Of a DNA stretch of 64,000 bases, positions 61,951 through 64,000 are shown one piece after another (position 1 is the stretch's first letter; every line of letters starts with the position of its first letter). The DNA is from Rhizophagus irregularis (Eukaryota): contig NC_089431.1 of assembly GCF_026210795.1 (NCBI RefSeq), positions 1,178,001 through 1,242,000 on the forward strand. The letters are read 5' to 3'. The notes under the pieces are model-generated. The model was not told the origin of the DNA. It did no database searches and worked only from the letters and a program-made list of their open reading frames with translations. Position numbers and translations under genes: made by a program.

Positions 61951-63966
61951 ATGGATGAAAAGCCAAAAAATTTATGGAATACTAATTATAAATATCAGGT
62001 AATAGCAATTTAATATTTTTAATAATTATAATTATTTTATTGAATTTTTGTAGTTAAAAATATTAATAAGTTTTTGTCTATTAAAAGATGCATGTTACAA
62101 TTTCTACTATTGATTCAACTATTAAATCAGAAAATGTAGATGAAAGAGTAGTTTATATAGAAGATTTAGAAAAAAGAAAACAAGCATATGGAATATGTGG
62201 AGAATGTAAAGAACCTGGTACAGGAGAATATTGGTGTCAACCTTGTAATGCTAAAAGATTTAAGGATAACTTTAAAAATTGGACTAGTGGAAATAAAGAT
62301 ATTGATGAATTTATACAACAATCACAACTTAATGCTGTACATTGTTATAAATGTCTTGAATGGATACCTTTTGAAAAATTTCAAAATATCACTTATATTG
62401 CAGAAGGTGGTTTTGGAAAGATTTATTCAGCAGAATGGCCTGAAGGATTTATTTCTCATTGGGATATTGAAAATCAAAAATGGTATAGATACAAAGATTC
62501 GGATAAATATGCATTAAAAAGTTTGAATAATTCTTCTGATATATGTTCAGATTTTTTAAATGAGGTAATTTAAACTTACTTTGTCTTATATATAAAGATT
62601 GTTATTTGCATTCATTTATTAATAAAATTTTTCTTTTTTAATGATAATTAGATTAACTCTCATCTTCAAATTTATCTTAATGATATTGTTGAATGTTATG
62701 GAATTACTCAAGATCCAAATAATAAAGAGTATATGATGGTTTTAATTTATTGTAAAAATGGAAATTTGAGAAATTATTTAAATAAATCAAATAATTATAT
62801 TAATTATAAATCAAAAATTGATCAATTACAACGAATTGCAAGAGGACTTTTAGATATTCATAATGCTGAAAAAGTTCACAAAGATTTTCATTCAGGTAAT
62901 ATTTTATTTAATATTTATCCATATATAAGTGATTTAGGAATGTGTCAACCAGCAAATAAGCAAAAAGTTAAAGAAGAAGGAATTTATGGAGTATTACCAT
63001 ATATGGCACCAGAAGTTTTACGTGGATACCAATATACAAAAGCAGCAGATATTTATTCATTTGGAATAATAATGAACGAACTTCTTTCTGAAGAAATTCC
63101 TTTTAATGATATTCCTCATGATGATTTTTTAGCTATTAAAATTTGTAAAGGACTTAGACCAACAATTTCTAAAGACATACCAAAGTTACTTGCAGATTTA
63201 ATAATAAAATGTTGGGATGCTGAAATAAAAAATAGACCAACCACTAAAGAATTGTATCAACTATTAAAGAAATGGTATGATGAGATTGAAGAGATTGAAG
63301 GTAGTGAAGATAGTGAAGATAGTGAATATAGTGAAGATGATGAAGATGGTGAAGATGGTGAAGATGGTGAAGATGGTGAAGATGGTGAAGATGGTGAAGA
63401 TAGCAAAGATAGTAAAGATAGTGAAGATAATGAAGATAGTGAATATAGTGGAGATAGTGAATATGGTGAAGATAGTAGAAATGGTGACGATAGTGAAGAT
63501 GTTAAAGATAGTGAAGATGTTAAAGATAGTGAAAATGCTGACAATAGTCAAATTAGTGAAATATATTTTCAAATAAAAGAATGTGATAAAATTAGAAAAG
63601 AAAAATTCAAAAATAGATCAAATGAAGATAAATCCAAAAACTTCAAAACACATCCACAAGCAATTTATACTAGTAGACTTTTAAATTTCAAAAATCTTCC
63701 AAACCCAGTAAATTCTTCAGATGTACCATCATTTCAAGTTAATTCAGGTAAATTTTCCATTTTAATTAGTTATGAAAAAATCTTATTCAAGTTTTAACAA
63801 TATCAACTTTTTTTTAATAATAGATGATGTCCCATCAGTATCAACAAATCTAAGTAAGTATAATCATTAGTAATAATACTTTTTGTAATTATAAATTTAT
63901 ATTTTATTTTAACATTATTTTGTTATTTAATTTATAGTTTCAGAATGTTTTGATTATAGAATTTAG
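61951..63966 (+). CDS. TKL-like protein kinase K5 with an acidic repeat insertion
   Basis: Exons 61951-61998, 62088-62564, 62652-63747, 63824-63853 and 63938-. Catalytic motifs intact (YALK, HKDFHSGN, SDLG, YMAPE). A +1 shift in exon 5 gives TAG at 63964-63966. The last exon of the paralogs would lie beyond the window. Confidence 0.9.
63283..63548 (+). repeat. Coding 9-bp minisatellite, (GAAGATGGT/GAAGATAGT)n
   Basis: Encodes ~85 aa of EDG/EDS/KDS tripeptides and is absent from K1, K3 and K4. Confidence 0.95.
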
Positions 63967-64000
63967 TGAATCAGGTAAAATAATTTATTTAAAGTTATTT

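Noticed and set aside
63257..63576. Three overlapping S/L-, T/I/F- and M/V/K-rich ORFs
   Set aside because: Alternate-frame and antisense readings of the 9-bp minisatellite.

Overview
Very AT-rich, intron-containing eukaryotic DNA. Its gene families (Zn-finger-prefixed TKL-like kinases, Sel1-repeat protein, MATA-type HMG box, LaeA/Methyltransf-like SAM methyltransferases, TRP-like channel) point to an arbuscular mycorrhizal fungus (Glomeromycotina, Rhizophagus-like); this taxonomy is inferred from gene content, not from a search. Apparently intact genes are an orphan zinc-ribbon protein, two divergent methyltransferases, an SDR, an 889-aa Sel1 protein, a two-repeat Myb and two to three kinases. 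Damaged copies are MFAP1, a double HMG-box gene, a TRP-like channel with one in-frame TAG, two kinases, a third methyltransferase and a small gene split by a transposon. The window also holds many mobile elements with readable ends: a 5'-truncated LINE with poly(A) and a 14-bp TSD, a CCCTA..TAGGG (CACTA/CMC-like) family with 3-bp TSDs, hAT and Tc1/pogo-type MITEs, and a Helitron2/Helentron-like non-autonomous family. The most unusual signals are (i) two arrays of tandem intron-like units separated by 23-57 nt micro-exons with no long ORF, (ii) a five-member kinase cluster with a conserved scaffold but short hypervariable patches, (iii) a kinase pseudogene containing a P-loop GTPase fragment, (iv) an orphan protein with an ungapped internal two-fold repeat and (v) a CpG-deamination signature in the MFAP1 copy. 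No rRNA, tRNA or CRISPR array was recognised. Exon coordinates were read by eye from GT/AG sites.
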